Part shown: piece by piece, positions 62,625 through 64,000 of the stretch | How positions within the stretch are numbered: the stretch's first letter is position 1 | Layout: each line of letters begins with the position of its first letter | NCBI GenBank assembly: GCA_963734895.1 | Contig: CAVTIN010000001.1 | Coordinates: 18,990-82,989, forward strand | Direction of reading: 5' to 3' | DNA from: an uncultured Chloroflexia bacterium | GTDB taxonomy: Bacteria; Chloroflexota; Limnocylindria; Limnocylindrales; CSP1-4 | DNA length: 64,000 nt | The notes under the pieces: model-generated | The model's database searches: none | What the model was told of the DNA's origin: nothing | What the model saw: only the letters and a program-made list of their open reading frames with translations | Program-made: the position numbers and the translations under genes

Positions 62625-63655
62625 CCGCGGATCATCTGCTGGCGCCCGACCTTGATGCCGTGCTTGAGCGTGCCGAGGCGGACGTCCGGACGCTCGCGCA
62701 GGGTCGGCTGTTCATCACCGGCGGGACCGGCTTCGTCGGGACGTGGATGCTCGAGTTGCTCACGTGGGCGGCCCGCCGGCTGGAACTCGACCTTCGGGTC
62801 GTCGCCCTGACGCGGTCCCCTGACGCGTGGGCCCGGCGTGTGCCTCACCTGGCTCGGAGCGGGATCGTGACCCCGGTCGCCGGGGACGTCCGCACCTTCG
62901 CCTTCCCGACCGGCGAATTCGCCGCCGCGGTACTGGGCGCCGCGTCGTCGGACAACGCCTGGACTACGGCGCACCCCGCGGAGGTCGTGGACACGATCGA
63001 GACCGGGACGCGCCGCGGCCTCGAGTTCGCCGAGGCGAGCGGGGTGTCTCGTGTCCTACTCGTGAGCAGCGGGGCGGTCTACGGCCGCCAGCCGGCGGAC
63101 CTCGCCCGGCTCCCCGAGGATCACCCATGCCATTCGGACGCCAGCGACGCCTACGGAACGGCGAAGCGCGCAGCCGAGGCGATCGCGGCGCAGTGGTCCG
63201 GCGGCGGGCATGCCGCGGTGATCGGTCGGGTGTTCAGCGTCTACGGTCCTCACCAGCCGCTTCATAGCCATTTTGCGATCGGCAACTTCATCGCCGACGC
63301 GGTGGCGGGGCAGCCGGTGACCGTGCGCGGTGATGGGTCACCCGTGCGGAGCTACCTGTACGGCGCCGATCTCGCTGCCGCACTATTCGCCTGCCTCGTC
63401 CGCGGCGCGCCGGGTGCCGCATACAACATCGGCGGCACTGATCCAGTCCGTCTCGGCGACCTCGCCGCATTGGTCGCATCGCTGGCGTGTCCGCCCGTGG
63501 AGGTGCAGATCCTCGGGCAGCCGGGGAGCGTTGACCACTACGTGCCCGATGTCCGCCGGATCGCCACCGACGTTGGCTTCGTACCGGCAATCCCGCTGGC
63601 CGAGGGCGTGCGCCGGACGCTCGTGTGGGCATCACGACGGTCCGAGGGCAACTGA
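62621..63655 (+). CDS. NAD-dependent sugar epimerase/dehydratase/reductase (extended SDR)
   Basis: TGGTGFVG, SSGAVYG, YGTAK, GDGSPVRSY motifs. Confidence 0.9.
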   Translation: MTADHLLAPDLDAVLERAEADVRTLAQGRLFITGGTGFVGTWMLELLTWAARRLELDLRVVALTRSPDAWARRVPHLARSGIVTPVAGDVRTFAFPTGEFAAAVLGAASSDNAWTTAHPAEVVDTIETGTRRGLEFAEASGVSRVLLVSSGAVYGRQPADLARLPEDHPCHSDASDAYGTAKRAAEAIAAQWSGGGHAAVIGRVFSVYGPHQPLHSHFAIGNFIADAVAGQPVTVRGDGSPVRSYLYGADLAAALFACLVRGAPGAAYNIGGTDPVRLGDLAALVASLACPPVEVQILGQPGSVDHYVPDVRRIATDVGFVPAIPLAEGVRRTLVWASRRSEGN

Positions 63656-64000
63656 CCCGTCGGTACCGGCGTCTGGGCGAAAGCAAAGCACCACGGCACG
63701 CACCGCTCGGGTGGGAACCGTGCGGGCGTCAAGCCGAGGTCGAGACGGTCCCCGCGCGTCCGCTCGCGGGCGAGGCGCACCCGGACCTCTGGCTCGACGC
63801 GACGTACGTCAAGGTGCACGTGACTGCAATTCGTGCCTCTACTTCTGGCGAAGAGCGGCAGATGCTCCCGCGATGGCGGGCGGGCACCCATGAGCTTGCG
63901 CTAGGCTCCGACGAGCCGCCGGCGTTACTTGGACGTCGACGTCCACCAAAGGGGGATCAGGTGCCGCACATCGAACGTCCGTCGCGCTCGTCGCGCCGTT

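Noticed and set aside
63656-64000. Gene or element at the right edge
   Set aside because: No convincing ORF, repeat or RNA structure in the available sequence

Overview
High-GC bacterial chromosomal window. Gene content (Tad pilus without a secretin, WecA/TagO ahead of the atp operon, DegS/DegU-like pair, many leaderless-type starts) suggests a monoderm, possibly Chloroflexota; this is inference only. In order: a candidate structured small RNA, two cyclophilins, a HisA-like gene, ltaE, tRNA-Asp, CapA, an intergenic repeat cluster, a PIG-L deacetylase, TlpA/CcdA, YbaK, a CoA-transferase, a NirK module, an atypical response regulator, a DUF3494 ice-binding protein and Rrf2. A housekeeping block follows (DUF1385-prfA-prmC-HAD-tsaC-glyA-wecA-atpZBEFHAGD-[insert]-atpC-murA-mreB). 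A long minus-strand block then runs from two GT-C glycosyltransferases through a DegS-like kinase, a NarL/DegU-type regulator, a DegS-like pseudokinase and three tiny Flp-type pilins missed by the ORF track into cpaB-cpaE-cpaF-tadB-tadC-DUF192-comF-hpf-nfo. The window ends in a CDP-3,6-dideoxyhexose/glycosyltransferase cluster with many single-base frameshifts, probably sequencing indels. The best candidate for an undescribed system is the translationally coupled GT-C/kinase/regulator/pseudokinase/variant-pilin operon upstream of the Tad-ComF locus. All calls come from reading motifs by eye; no database searches were run.
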